Part shown: one piece after another, positions 5,334 through 14,709 of the stretch
Position numbering within the stretch: the first letter of the stretch is position 1
Layout of the letters: every line of letters starts with the position of its first letter
NCBI GenBank assembly: GCA_964526235.1
Contig: CAZGLC010000004.1
Span: 1 to 48,754, forward strand
DNA length: 48,754 nucleotides
Reading direction: 5' to 3'
DNA from: an uncultured Bifidobacteriaceae bacterium
Lineage (GTDB): Bacteria; Acidobacteriota; Vicinamibacteria; Vicinamibacterales; UBA2999
Made by a program: the position numbers and the translations under genes
The notes under the pieces: model-generated
The model's input: only the letters and a program-made list of their open reading frames with translations
The model's database searches: none
What the model was told of the DNA's origin: nothing

Positions 5334-7457
5334 GTGCCAGCCGACACCGCCATGGATACCGCCATTGCCCGTGCGCCACGGTCTCACGCGCCCATCTTCG
5401 AGGACGGCCTCGGCAAGCGCTATCACGTCCCTGGGCCCGGCGGCGAGAAGCTCGAGGTGCTCGCGCTCCACGAGTCGCTGACCGCGTCCTCCTCATTCGA
5501 GTTCTCGCTGCGCGAGCGGGTGGGCGCGCTGGCGGCCTTTCAGAACCCTGCGTTCGCGCGCGTGCGTGGCGTCCAGCGCCTCGGCCAGGAGGCGGCGGCG
5601 CTCGCCATCGTCTCCGAGTGTCCCGCGGGCGCGCGGCTGTCGAACGTGCTCGCCGTCGCCGAGCAGCAGCTGCTGCCGCTCGACGTCACCGCGGCGCTGC
5701 ATCTCGTCCGGCAGCTCGTGCACGCCGTCGCCGCGCTGCACGAGCAGATGCACGGCATCTCGCACGGCGCGATCGCGCCCGAACGCCTCGTCGTGACGCC
5801 GCACGGCCGCCTCGTCGTCGTCGACCACGCGCTGGGCGCGGCGCTCGAACAGCTCCACTTCACACACGAGCGCTACTGGAAGGAGTTCGGCATTCCGCTG
5901 CCGAATCCGGCCGGCACGCCGCGCTTCGACCAGCGCGCCGACGTCCTGCAGATGGGCGCGGTGGCGCTGGCGCTCATCGTCGGCCGTCCGCTCTACAGCG
6001 AAGAATTTCCGGACCGGATCGGCCCGCTCGCCGAGCGCGCGTGGGGCCTCACGGCGGCCGGCGGCGTGGAGCCGCTGCCCGCGGCCGTGCGCACGTGGCT
6101 CGCCCGCGCGCTGCAGCTCGATGCGCGCCAGTCGTTTGCGACGGGCGTCGAGGCGCGTGCGGAGCTCGATCGCGTGATGGGGAGCGGCGATTCCGTGGCG
6201 GCACTCGCCGCGGTGCGCGCCTTCCTCGCGCAGTACGCGACACACGCGGCGCCGGGGGCCGCCGCGGCCGATTCGCCGCCGCCCAAGCCGGCAAAACCCG
6301 CGACCGCCATCGTGCGTGCGGCGGCCGCCGCAACCGCGGCGCCTGTCGTGGCAGCGGCACCAGCGGTTGCGGCACCTGCGCCGGCGCCGTCCGCACCGGC
6401 TCGCGTCGTGGCGGCGCCAGCACCGCCGGCGCGCGTCACCGAGCCGCCGCCCGCGGAGCGGGAGGAAGCGCACGACCCGATGACGGAGATCGCGCCCTGG
6501 TGGCGGCGGCGATGGATCGCCGCTGTCGTGGTGCTCGGCGTGCTGGCATCTGCCGGCCTGCTCGCGGGACGGTCGTATCTGACGCCCCCGGCCGCCGCCG
6601 AAGCGATGGGCACACTCATCGTGGAGTCGAACCCGGCCGGCGCCGCGGCGCTCGTCGACGGCCAGCCGCGTGGATTCACGCCGCTCACGCTGGCACTCTC
6701 GCCCGGCGCGCACGTGCTGGAGGTGGTGAGCGGCGCGGAGCGGCGCACGATTCCGGTGACGCTTGCCGCCGGCAACACGGTGTCGCAGTTCCTCGATCTG
6801 CCGGCGCCCGTGCAGCCGGCCGCGGGCCTGCTGCAGGTGCGGACCGACCCGGCGGGCGCGCGTGTCACGGTGGACGGCGTCGCGCGCGGCCAGACGCCGC
6901 TGACGATCGACGGGCTCGAGTCCGGCGCACACACCGTCGTGCTCGCCAACGATCTCACGTCGATGACCCACGAGGTGGTCGTGGAGGCGGGCGCGACGGC
7001 ATCGCTCGTCGTGCCGATGGCCCCGCCGCAGGGCGTGCCCGTGTCCGGGTGGATTGCCGTGGCTGCGCCGGCGGACGTGCAGGTCTACGAGCGGGAACGG
7101 CTGCTCGGCAGCAGCCGGAGCGATCGCATCATGGTGGCGGTCGGCCGGCACGAGCTCGACATCGTGAACGAGGCGCTCGGCTTCCGCGCCACGCGCGTCG
7201 TCACCGTCGCGCCGGGGCAGGTGGCGGCCGTCAAGCTGGAGTGGCCGACCGCGTCGATGGCGCTGAACGCGCAGCCCTGGGCCGAGGTCTGGATCGACGG
7301 CGAGCGGATCGGAGAGACGCCGATCGGCAACGTCGCCGTACCGATCGGCCCGCACGAGGTGCTGTTCCGCCATCCCGAGCTGGGCGAGCGTGCCGTGCGG
7401 GCGACGGTGACGCTCACCGCGCCGACCCGCCTGAGCGTCGATATGAGGAAGCCGTGA
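5334..7457 (+). CDS. Membrane-anchored protein-kinase-like pseudokinase with four periplasmic PEGA domains
   Basis: The N-terminal roughly 280 aa have a Hanks-kinase-like layout but degenerate motifs: VLAL for VAIK, HGAIAPERL for HRDxKPxN, and DHA for DFG. An Ala/Pro-rich linker follows, then one TM segment (WIAAVVVLGVLASAGLLAG). Four PEGA-like repeats come next, for example LIVESNPAGAAALVDGQPRGFTP and LQVRTDPAGARVTVDGVARGQTP. The start may be GTG 5334 or ATG 5352. Confidence 0.8.
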   Translation: MPADTAMDTAIARAPRSHAPIFEDGLGKRYHVPGPGGEKLEVLALHESLTASSSFEFSLRERVGALAAFQNPAFARVRGVQRLGQEAAALAIVSECPAGARLSNVLAVAEQQLLPLDVTAALHLVRQLVHAVAALHEQMHGISHGAIAPERLVVTPHGRLVVVDHALGAALEQLHFTHERYWKEFGIPLPNPAGTPRFDQRADVLQMGAVALALIVGRPLYSEEFPDRIGPLAERAWGLTAAGGVEPLPAAVRTWLARALQLDARQSFATGVEARAELDRVMGSGDSVAALAAVRAFLAQYATHAAPGAAAADSPPPKPAKPATAIVRAAAAATAAPVVAAAPAVAAPAPAPSAPARVVAAPAPPARVTEPPPAEREEAHDPMTEIAPWWRRRWIAAVVVLGVLASAGLLAGRSYLTPPAAAEAMGTLIVESNPAGAAALVDGQPRGFTPLTLALSPGAHVLEVVSGAERRTIPVTLAAGNTVSQFLDLPAPVQPAAGLLQVRTDPAGARVTVDGVARGQTPLTIDGLESGAHTVVLANDLTSMTHEVVVEAGATASLVVPMAPPQGVPVSGWIAVAAPADVQVYERERLLGSSRSDRIMVAVGRHELDIVNEALGFRATRVVTVAPGQVAAVKLEWPTASMALNAQPWAEVWIDGERIGETPIGNVAVPIGPHEVLFRHPELGERAVRATVTLTAPTRLSVDMRKP

Positions 7458-8350
7458 GAACGGGCGCGGCGCGAATTCTGGTAGCGTGCGTCGCGATCCT
7501 GCTGGCCACGGCCCCGCGCCTTCATACTCAGGAGCCGCTCGCCGTTGCCCGCCAGCTGTATGCGGCCGCGGAATACGAGGAGGCCCTGCAGTTGCTCGAC
7601 GGGCTCCCGGCGGCCGCAGTGGGGGAAGAGCAGCAGGCGGTGGAGTTCTATCGCGCGCTGTGCCTGCTCGCGCTGGGGCGCCGCGCCGACGCCGACCGCG
7701 CCCTCGACGCGCTCGTCACGCACGATCCGATGTACCGGCCGGCCGACGATCTGTCGCCGCGGCTGCGCGCCGCGGTGAGCGATGCGAAACGCCGTGTGCT
7801 GCCGGCGCTCGTGCAGCAGCAGTACCACGACGCCAGGACGGCCTACGACCGCAAGGCGTTCGCCGACGCCGCGACCGGCTTCCGGCGTGTCGTCGACGTG
7901 CTGAACGATCCGGACATGAGCCAGCCGGCCGCGCAGCCGCCGCTCTCGGATCTGCGGACGCTCGCGTCGGGCTTCCATGATCTGACCGTCAAGGCGATGG
8001 CGCCTCCGCCTCCGCCGCCCCCGCCTCCCGTTCCGGTCGTCCTGCCGCCGCGGATCTATACGGGCGAGGAGCGCGGCGTCGTGCCGCCGGTCGCCATCCG
8101 GCAGGACCTGCCGCGTTTTCCCGGCGCCGTCCGGCCCGGCGGGATCAGAGCGGTCGTCGAGGTCCTCGTCGACGAACAGGGCAACGTCGAATCGGCCGTC
8201 ATGCTGGTGTCGGCCGTCCCTGCCTACGACAAGATCCTGCTGACCGCCGCGAGCCGATGGCTGTACTATCCCGCCACAGTCGACGGCACGCCGGTCAAGT
8301 TCCGGAAGCGCATTCAGGTCACCATCAACGAGCCCTCCGTTCAGCGCTAG
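7454..8350 (+). CDS. TPR-like / TonB C-terminal domain protein
   Basis: A GTGA overlap couples it to the upstream stop. It has an N-terminal signal/anchor and TPR-like helices. A poly-Pro linker (PPPPPPPPPVPVVLPP) follows. The C-terminal region PP..I.Q..P.FP......G.v.v.v.VdeqG.V......s has the TonB_C pattern. This is the only real part of track ORF 5192-8350. Confidence 0.8.
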   Translation: MRTGAARILVACVAILLATAPRLHTQEPLAVARQLYAAAEYEEALQLLDGLPAAAVGEEQQAVEFYRALCLLALGRRADADRALDALVTHDPMYRPADDLSPRLRAAVSDAKRRVLPALVQQQYHDARTAYDRKAFADAATGFRRVVDVLNDPDMSQPAAQPPLSDLRTLASGFHDLTVKAMAPPPPPPPPPVPVVLPPRIYTGEERGVVPPVAIRQDLPRFPGAVRPGGIRAVVEVLVDEQGNVESAVMLVSAVPAYDKILLTAASRWLYYPATVDGTPVKFRKRIQVTINEPSVQR

Positions 8351-8386
8351 CGGTATAGTGGCCCTCGCACGAAGAAGGAGGGCGTT

Positions 8387-8710
8387 ATGCCGAAGTATCT
8401 GATTGCGGCGTCGTACACCACCGAGGGCGTCAAGGGGCTGGCGAAGGAAGGCGGCACCAAGCGGCGTCAGGCCATCGAAGCGGCGCTCAAGAGCGCGGGT
8501 GCCCGACTCGAGGCGCTCTACTTCGCCTTCGGCGATCACGACGCCTACGTCATCGTCGACGCGCCGGACAACGCATCGGTGGCGGCGGTGTCGAGGACGG
8601 TCAATGCGAGCGGCGCCGTGCACGCCAAGACGGTCGTGCTGCTCACGCCTGAAGAGATGGATCAGGCGACGAAGAAGAGCGTCACCTACCAGGCACCCGG
8701 CCGCGGATGA
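8387..8710 (+). CDS. GYD domain protein
   Basis: The sequence MPKYLIAASYTTEGVKGL....... and ...FGDHDAYVIVDAPD are typical of the GYD family. An AAGGAGG SD lies 6 nt upstream. Confidence 0.85.
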   Translation: MPKYLIAASYTTEGVKGLAKEGGTKRRQAIEAALKSAGARLEALYFAFGDHDAYVIVDAPDNASVAAVSRTVNASGAVHAKTVVLLTPEEMDQATKKSVTYQAPGRG

Positions 8711-8730
8711 ACGTCCAGCCACCGTGAAGG

Positions 8731-8757
8731 CCTGGGTCCCTCGGGGGAGGATCCAGG
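8731..8757. terminator. Hairpin between convergent genes (possible bidirectional terminator)
   Basis: CCTGGGTCC-ctcggggga-GGATCCAGG forms a 9-bp stem with one G-U pair. It lies between the GYD stop (8710) and the stop of the minus-strand gene (8789). Confidence 0.35.
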
Positions 8758-8788
8758 CTGGGCCGGTGGGAAAGGCGCTGGGCGCGCG

Positions 8789-10957
8789 CTACCGCGCCAG
8801 CGGATCGTCCCTGAGTTGGAAGCGCATTGCGATGGGTGGCGTGCCCTTGCCGGTTTCCATGTGGAACGGCGTCCGGCTGCCGACGGTTGCCCAGAGCCCG
8901 CGTCCCTTCCAGCCGCCGTTCGGATAATCGATCCGCCCGTCGAGCCACTTCGCGTAGAAGCCCATCGGATACGGTACGCGCAGCACGACCCACCGGCCGT
9001 CATCGAGCGCGAGGAAGGCGTCGGACTGGTTGCCCGTGGCGATCGGCGTGTTCGGACCCAGTCCCAGCGTGTCGAACTGATCCACCCACGCGAAGTAGCT
9101 CCCTTCGACGCTGCCGTTCTCCTGCACGTTCTGGAACTGCGGCAGCGGTTGCGCATGGAGCGTCCAGCCTTCCGGGCAGTGCCGCCCCGTGGCCTTGGGT
9201 CCATTGAGCGGCCCGCGGCACGTGCGCCGATCGAAGCTCGCCAGGTGCCCGCTGCCGAGCGCCACCCAGGCGACGCCGTTGCGGTCGACGTCCATGCCGC
9301 GGGGCGAGTATCCCTGAATCGGCGCGGCGGCGTCCTGCCACGGTACTTCGTACCGCTCGGCCAGCGAGGTTTCGGTTGGATTGGGGCCGGGCACGAGGCG
9401 AACGATCGCCCCGGGGAAGCCGAGGACCGATCCCCAGACCGACCCGTCGGGCGCCGGGTTGACGCTGTAGGGCGCGTCGGGGATCCGCGTGTCCTTCGAG
9501 AGATCGAGCGGCTGACCGACCTCGACGTACGCGTCCCGCCGCCCGTTGCCGTTGGTGTCGAGGATGAGCGCCGTCCACCCCTGCGCTTTCTCCTCGTCTC
9601 CGGTCTCGTCGAAGACCTTCGTATCGATCCAGCCGAAATACGGGCTGCCGTACCCGTTGAACCAGAGCGTGTTGTTCCCGTCCTCGGCGAACATCAGGTG
9701 GTGCGTGTCGAAACACGTGCTGATCTGAGTGAGCTGCTTCGTCTTCGGGTCGTACACCGCGGCATGCCGTGCGGCTGTGTCGATGGGGAAGCGGCGCGCC
9801 GACGGATGGGTCGACCCCTTGCGGCAGTAGTCCGGGTTCCGTGGCGGCCGCGTGCGCGCCGTCAGCCAGAGGCGCCCCTGCCCGTCGAGCATCGGATTGT
9901 GAACGTCCATCCGGCTGCGCCAGATCGGCTCCGCCCCCCAGTACGGCGACGGCTGCAGCACCGTGCTGGACAGGTACGGCATTCCCTTGTCGGTCCACAG
10001 GTAACGTCCAATCGGGTAGCGCACCGTCAGACCAATCCTGCTCGGGGTATGCGTCGTCGGATCGAGCACGGGGATGTAATCGGCGCTCAGCTCGGGCGCG
10101 CCGTAGATCGGCCCGTTGGCGTTCACCGTCGGATTCCGGCGATCGGTGGAGACCTGGTCGTGCAGGTACGTCTGCTGCTCGGCCCAGTGCCACTGGGTGA
10201 TCACCACGTTGCGCTCGACGCCCTGCGGCCGGGGCGGCGCGGGCGGCAGCTCCCCCTTCGCGATGCGATCGGTCCAGTCGGCGAACATGTCGATGGCGTG
10301 CGGCCCGAACAGCCCGATTTCGCGCAGCATGTCGGCGCCCGCCTGCCCTGACTGGATGCGCCGGATCCACGCTTCCCGGGACGAGGGGAACACGCCGAGC
10401 TCCTTCGGGATCTCACGCGTCGCCTTGTTGCCCAGCTGATGACAGGTGTAGCAGCTGCCGTTTTTCAGCCACGCCAGCCATTGCGCCCGCGTCCTCATGC
10501 CCGGTGCGATGCCGTTGCCCTGCGGGCCGGTGCCGGGAAATTCCGACTCGTGCGGGATTCGCAGCAGCGACGCCCAGTACCCGGCCGGATAGTACTGGGC
10601 GGCGGCACGCGCGTCGGGCGCGGGAACGGCCGTGACCGTCAGCCGCCGGCCCGGCCGTGTCTCCACCTTCTCCGAATCGATCAGGCCGTACCCGCGCACC
10701 CAGACCCGGTAGGCGGCGTCGGGGAGGTCGGGAACGACGAATCGACCCTGATCGTCGGTGACGACAATCTTGACGAACCGGGTCGGCAGGCTTCCTGTTT
10801 CGGCAATCACCCAGACGCCCGCTTCCGGGCCGGAGGCGCCGGTCACCACGCCGCCGATGTCGTCACCGTCGATCGGCACGTCGTCGGCATCGGGTTGTCG
10901 GGCGCAGGCCGCGACCATCAGCGCCGCGTACACCAGCAGGGCGGGTTTCACGTGCAT
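8789..10957 (-). CDS. Lipoprotein with a CarboxypepD_reg-like domain, one CxxCH haem-c motif and a large beta-rich C-terminal region
   Basis: The start is ATG 10957, with GGAG 7 nt upstream; the longer track ORF to 11158 is rejected. The lipobox is LMVAA-C. The CarboxypepD_reg-like segment reads GVVTGASGPEAGVWVIA...VTDDQGRFVVPDLPDAAYRVWV. The motif CYTCHQLG is present. Confidence 0.75.
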   Translation of the reverse strand: MHVKPALLVYAALMVAACARQPDADDVPIDGDDIGGVVTGASGPEAGVWVIAETGSLPTRFVKIVVTDDQGRFVVPDLPDAAYRVWVRGYGLIDSEKVETRPGRRLTVTAVPAPDARAAAQYYPAGYWASLLRIPHESEFPGTGPQGNGIAPGMRTRAQWLAWLKNGSCYTCHQLGNKATREIPKELGVFPSSREAWIRRIQSGQAGADMLREIGLFGPHAIDMFADWTDRIAKGELPPAPPRPQGVERNVVITQWHWAEQQTYLHDQVSTDRRNPTVNANGPIYGAPELSADYIPVLDPTTHTPSRIGLTVRYPIGRYLWTDKGMPYLSSTVLQPSPYWGAEPIWRSRMDVHNPMLDGQGRLWLTARTRPPRNPDYCRKGSTHPSARRFPIDTAARHAAVYDPKTKQLTQISTCFDTHHLMFAEDGNNTLWFNGYGSPYFGWIDTKVFDETGDEEKAQGWTALILDTNGNGRRDAYVEVGQPLDLSKDTRIPDAPYSVNPAPDGSVWGSVLGFPGAIVRLVPGPNPTETSLAERYEVPWQDAAAPIQGYSPRGMDVDRNGVAWVALGSGHLASFDRRTCRGPLNGPKATGRHCPEGWTLHAQPLPQFQNVQENGSVEGSYFAWVDQFDTLGLGPNTPIATGNQSDAFLALDDGRWVVLRVPYPMGFYAKWLDGRIDYPNGGWKGRGLWATVGSRTPFHMETGKGTPPIAMRFQLRDDPLAR

Positions 10958-11036
10958 GGTGGCTCCGTTTCCCCTGGATGATATCGGATCGCATCCCTTT
11001 GGCCCGCCGCGGCGCTGACAGTAAGATACGGGGCTC

Positions 11037-12221
11037 ATGACGCACACGCTGATCTCGCGTCGCGGCGCCGTCAAGGCGCTCGGGGCGGCCGCGGGCGCCG
11101 CGCTGGCCATCGGCGATCTGTTCGCGCAGCAGCGCCCGGAGCCCCGATCGACCGTCACGATTCCTCCGCGCGACTTCGACGATCCGACGACCTACTTCAA
11201 CGATCCGGACGTGCTCACCGTCGATCCGCAGTTTGCCGCCTACGTGCAGCCGCAAAACGCGATCCGGCGGCTCTGGACGGGCGGGCAGTGGCTCGAGGGT
11301 CCGGCGTGGAGCGGCCAGGGAAAGTATCTCGTCTTCAGCGACATCCCCAACAACCGGCAGATGCGCTGGAGCGAAGACGACGGCCACGTCAGCGTGTTCC
11401 GGTTCCCGGCCAGCAACAGCAACGGCAACACGTTCGACTTCCAGGGACGCCAGCTCTCCTGCGAGCACCTGATGCGGCGCGTCGTCCGCTACGAGCACGA
11501 CGGATCGGTCACCATCATCGCCGACAACTTCGGCGGCAAGCGGCTCAACTCGCCCAACGACGTGGTGCCGCATCCCGACGGCAGCTACTGGTTCACCGAT
11601 CCGCCGTACGGCGGCGGGTTGTTCGAGGGGCAGCCGGACGAAGCGGGCGGACCGACCAATCCTGCCGGACGCCTCAACCCGCGCCTGGGCCAGCCGCCGG
11701 AGCTGGGGCGCTTCCGCCGCGAGCTGCCAACGGCCGTTTACCGCGTCGATCCGAGCGGCAAGGTCGACATGGTGATTGGCGAGGATCAGCTCGCCGACCC
11801 GAACGGCCTCGTGTTCTCGCCCGACTACAAGCGCATTTACGTGATCTCGACAGGGCGAGGGCCGGGCGACAAGGGGCCCGGCGGGACGCGCGAGATGTAC
11901 GCCTTCGACGTGCAGAACACGCGCCTGGCCAACCGGCGTCTCTTCACCAACTTCATGGTCGACGGCGTGACGTGCGGCCCCGACGGCGCCCGGTGCGACG
12001 TCGACGGCAACGTCTGGTGCTCGAGCAACGCCGGGCGCGCCGTCGGCTACAACGGCGTGACGGTCTGGAATCCCGATGGACGCCTCCTCGGCCGCATCCG
12101 GCTGCCTGAGGTCTGCGCGAACGTCTGCTTCGGGGGCCCGAAGCGCAATCGGCTCTTCATGACGGCGAGCCAGTCGCTCTACGCCGTCTTCGTCAACACG
12201 CAGGGCGCCGCGCCCGGATAA
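11037..12221 (+). CDS. SMP-30/gluconolactonase/LRE family protein, Tat-exported
   Basis: The twin-arginine signal is SRRGAVKALGAAAGAALA. The motifs EGPAW....YLVFSDIPNN and NSPNDVV.HPDGSYWFTDP are typical of the family. Confidence 0.85.
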   Translation: MTHTLISRRGAVKALGAAAGAALAIGDLFAQQRPEPRSTVTIPPRDFDDPTTYFNDPDVLTVDPQFAAYVQPQNAIRRLWTGGQWLEGPAWSGQGKYLVFSDIPNNRQMRWSEDDGHVSVFRFPASNSNGNTFDFQGRQLSCEHLMRRVVRYEHDGSVTIIADNFGGKRLNSPNDVVPHPDGSYWFTDPPYGGGLFEGQPDEAGGPTNPAGRLNPRLGQPPELGRFRRELPTAVYRVDPSGKVDMVIGEDQLADPNGLVFSPDYKRIYVISTGRGPGDKGPGGTREMYAFDVQNTRLANRRLFTNFMVDGVTCGPDGARCDVDGNVWCSSNAGRAVGYNGVTVWNPDGRLLGRIRLPEVCANVCFGGPKRNRLFMTASQSLYAVFVNTQGAAPG

Positions 12222-13085
12222 ATGGAGATCGGTTTTATCGGGCTGGGCGTCATGGGACGCCCGATGGCGCTGCATCTCGTCAGGGCCGGCTATCCGGTGC
12301 GTGTGTACGCCCGCCGGCCCGAGGCGGCGGCGCCGCTCATCGAGGCTGGGGCCGCGCGCTCGGCCACGCCCGCCCAGCTCGCCTCGCAGTCCGACGTCGT
12401 CATCACGATGGTCACGGCCACCTCGGACGTCGAGGACGTGCTGCTCGGATCCGACGGCGTCATCGACGGCGCGAAGCCTGGCACCATCGTCATCGACATG
12501 AGCACGATTGCGCCGCAGGCGACCCGCCGGATGGCCGAGCGGCTGGCCGGGCGGCAGGTGCGGATGCTCGACGCGCCGGTGACCGGCGGGCCGGCGGGCG
12601 CCGAGTCGGCGACGCTCACGATCATGGTGGGCGGCGACGCCGCGGTGCTGGAGGAGGCGCGCCCGATCCTCGAGCGGCTCGGCCGGCAGATCGTGCACAT
12701 GGGCGGACACGGCGCGGGGCAGATCGCGAAGGCGTGCAACCAGCTCGCGCTGCTCGTCAACGCGGAGGGCGTGGCGGAGGCGCTGGCGCTCGGCGCGCGC
12801 TGCGGGCTCGATCGGCGGCGGCTGCGCGAGGCCCTGCTCGGCGGCATCGCAGCGAGCCGCGTGCTCGACGTCTTCGGCGCGCGCATGGCGGAACGCCAGT
12901 TCACGCCGGGGATGGCGACGCGGCTCTACGACAAGGACCTGTCGATCGTGCTCGATCTCGCCCGCGAGGCGGGGCAGGCAGTGCCGGCGGCGGCTGTCGT
13001 CCGCGCGCACCTGGACCGGATGGTGAGCGACGGCAGGGCCAATCAGGATCTGGCGGCGCTCATCGAGATCGTCGAGCGCATCTGA
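12222..13085 (+). CDS. NAD(P)-dependent 3-hydroxyisobutyrate/2-hydroxy-3-oxopropionate reductase family oxidoreductase
   Basis: The ATG follows directly after the upstream TAA. The Rossmann motif IGFIGLGVMG and the motifs DAPVTGG and GAGQIAKACNQ match the family. Confidence 0.9.
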   Translation: MEIGFIGLGVMGRPMALHLVRAGYPVRVYARRPEAAAPLIEAGAARSATPAQLASQSDVVITMVTATSDVEDVLLGSDGVIDGAKPGTIVIDMSTIAPQATRRMAERLAGRQVRMLDAPVTGGPAGAESATLTIMVGGDAAVLEEARPILERLGRQIVHMGGHGAGQIAKACNQLALLVNAEGVAEALALGARCGLDRRRLREALLGGIAASRVLDVFGARMAERQFTPGMATRLYDKDLSIVLDLAREAGQAVPAAAVVRAHLDRMVSDGRANQDLAALIEIVERI

Positions 13086-13092
13086 GGCGCGA

Positions 13093-14709
13093 TCACCAGC
13101 CGATCGCCAGGCCGTCCTTGCGCGGGTCGGATCCCCCTTCGATGACGCCGGTGCGCACATCGAGCCGCACCGCCTGGTAGCCCCCCATCATGCCGCGCCC
13201 GTCGTGAACGGCGTGTCCGCGCGCGCGCAGCGCGGCGCGAACGGATTCGGGCACGCCTGACTCGACCGCGAGCCCGTCCTCGACGTGCCGCACGCGCGCC
13301 ACCTCGCCCGCGTCCTGCACGTGCATCCCGAAGTCGACCATGTTGACGACCACCTGCGCGTGGGCCTGCGCCTGGTTGTCGGCGCCCATCACGCCGAAGG
13401 CGGTGACGCGCGCTCCGTCGATCAGCATGGCCGGAACGAGTGTGTGCGCCGGGCGCTTCCCGGGCGCGAGGCGGTTCGGATGGCCAGGCGCAAGCGTGAA
13501 GCCGGCGCCGCGCGAGTGCAGCGCGATCCCGGTGCCCGGGACGACGATCCCCGACCCGAAGCTGTCGAAGAGTGAATTGATGAGCGAGACGACCATGCCG
13601 GAGCGGTCGGCAGCGGCAAGATAGACCGTGTCCCCCCGGCGCTCGACCGCAGGCGCCGCGGGCGTGTACGCGGCAGCGGCGCGGCGCGGATCGATCTGCA
13701 TCCGCCGGTCCGCCGCGTACTCCTTCGAGGTGAGCAGCGCGAGCAGCTCCGCAGGCACGCGATCGGGATCGGCGAGATAGGCCGCGCGATCGGCAAAGGC
13801 GATCCGCTTCGCCTCGCTGTAGACGTGGAGGAAGTCGGCGCTGTTGTGCCCCATTGCGCGTACGTCGTATCCCTCGAGAATGTTGAGCATCTCGAGCGCG
13901 ACGAACCCCTGCGTGTTGGGCGGCAGCTCGTAGACGGTGCGGCCGCGGTAGGTCGTTGCAATCGGCTCGATCCAGTCGGCGCGGTGCGCGGCAAAGTCCG
14001 CGGCCGTGAGAAACCCGCCAAGGCTTGCCATGTGCGCCGCGATCGCGGCGCCGATCGGGCCCTTGTAGACGACGTCGGGACCGCCGTTCGCGATCTGTTC
14101 CAGCGCCGAGGCGAGATCCGGATTACGGAACACGGTGCCCGCGCCGGGCGCCTGCCTTCCCGGCAGCAGGACCCGCGCGGCCTCGGCGTCGGTGGCCAGC
14201 CGCGGCGCGACCGCCTCCCACTGCGCCGCCACGATCTCGGAGACCGGAAACCCCTCCCGCGCGTAGCGGATGGCGGGCGCCAGCGCCCGTGCCAGCGGAA
14301 TCGACCCGTGCGCCCGGAGCAGCCCGGCCCAGCCGGCGACGGATCCCGGGACCGTGACCGTCAGCGGTCCGTGCAGCGGCAGACTCGTCGCCCCGCGCGC
14401 CGCCAGCGCGTCCGCATCGGCGCCCGCGCCGGCCCGTCCGCTCGAGTTGAGGGCCGTCACCGCACCGCTCCGTCCGTCGCGAACGAGCGCGAAGAGATCC
14501 CCGCCCACGCCGGTCATCGTCGGTTCGACGACCGCGAGGACCGCCGCGGCGGTCACCGCGGCGTCGGCAGCGTTGCCGCCCTCCTGCAGCACCTGCAGGC
14601 CGGCGGCCGAGGCGAGCGGCTGGCTGGTGGCGATGACGCCGTGCGTGGCGCAGACCGGCGACCGGGTCCCGTGGATCCGGCCGTCCGGGCGATCGCCCGA
14701 GGCGGTCAT
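13093..14709 (-). CDS. ggt: Gamma-glutamyltransferase family protein (no signal peptide)
   Basis: The start is ATG 14709, in an ATGA overlap with the upstream gene. The motifs ATSQPLASAAG..VL..GGNAADAAV and the nucleophile context GDTVYLAAADRSGMVVSLINSL match the family. Confidence 0.9.
   Translation of the reverse strand: MTASGDRPDGRIHGTRSPVCATHGVIATSQPLASAAGLQVLQEGGNAADAAVTAAAVLAVVEPTMTGVGGDLFALVRDGRSGAVTALNSSGRAGAGADADALAARGATSLPLHGPLTVTVPGSVAGWAGLLRAHGSIPLARALAPAIRYAREGFPVSEIVAAQWEAVAPRLATDAEAARVLLPGRQAPGAGTVFRNPDLASALEQIANGGPDVVYKGPIGAAIAAHMASLGGFLTAADFAAHRADWIEPIATTYRGRTVYELPPNTQGFVALEMLNILEGYDVRAMGHNSADFLHVYSEAKRIAFADRAAYLADPDRVPAELLALLTSKEYAADRRMQIDPRRAAAAYTPAAPAVERRGDTVYLAAADRSGMVVSLINSLFDSFGSGIVVPGTGIALHSRGAGFTLAPGHPNRLAPGKRPAHTLVPAMLIDGARVTAFGVMGADNQAQAHAQVVVNMVDFGMHVQDAGEVARVRHVEDGLAVESGVPESVRAALRARGHAVHDGRGMMGGYQAVRLDVRTGVIEGGSDPRKDGLAIGW

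Noticed and set aside
6240-6480. GC-rich quasi-repetitive stretch as a repeat or mobile remnant
   Set aside because: It is the Ala/Pro-rich linker between the pseudokinase domain and the TM helix. It is in frame and continuous with the flanking domains.
8004-8042. CCGCC/CCTCC-rich repeat as a DNA repeat element
   Set aside because: It encodes the poly-proline linker (PPPPPPPPPVPVV) typical of TonB-like proteins. It is a coding low-complexity region, not an independent repeat element.
5192-8350. Track ORF of 1052 aa read as one giant protein
   Set aside because: The first ~750 residues are an Arg/Ala/Gly/Pro-rich out-of-frame reading of the pseudokinase gene (frame of 5334-7457). They contain no recognisable domain. 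Only the part from GTG 7454 (signal/anchor, TPR, TonB-C) looks like a real protein, and that start overlaps the upstream stop as GTGA.
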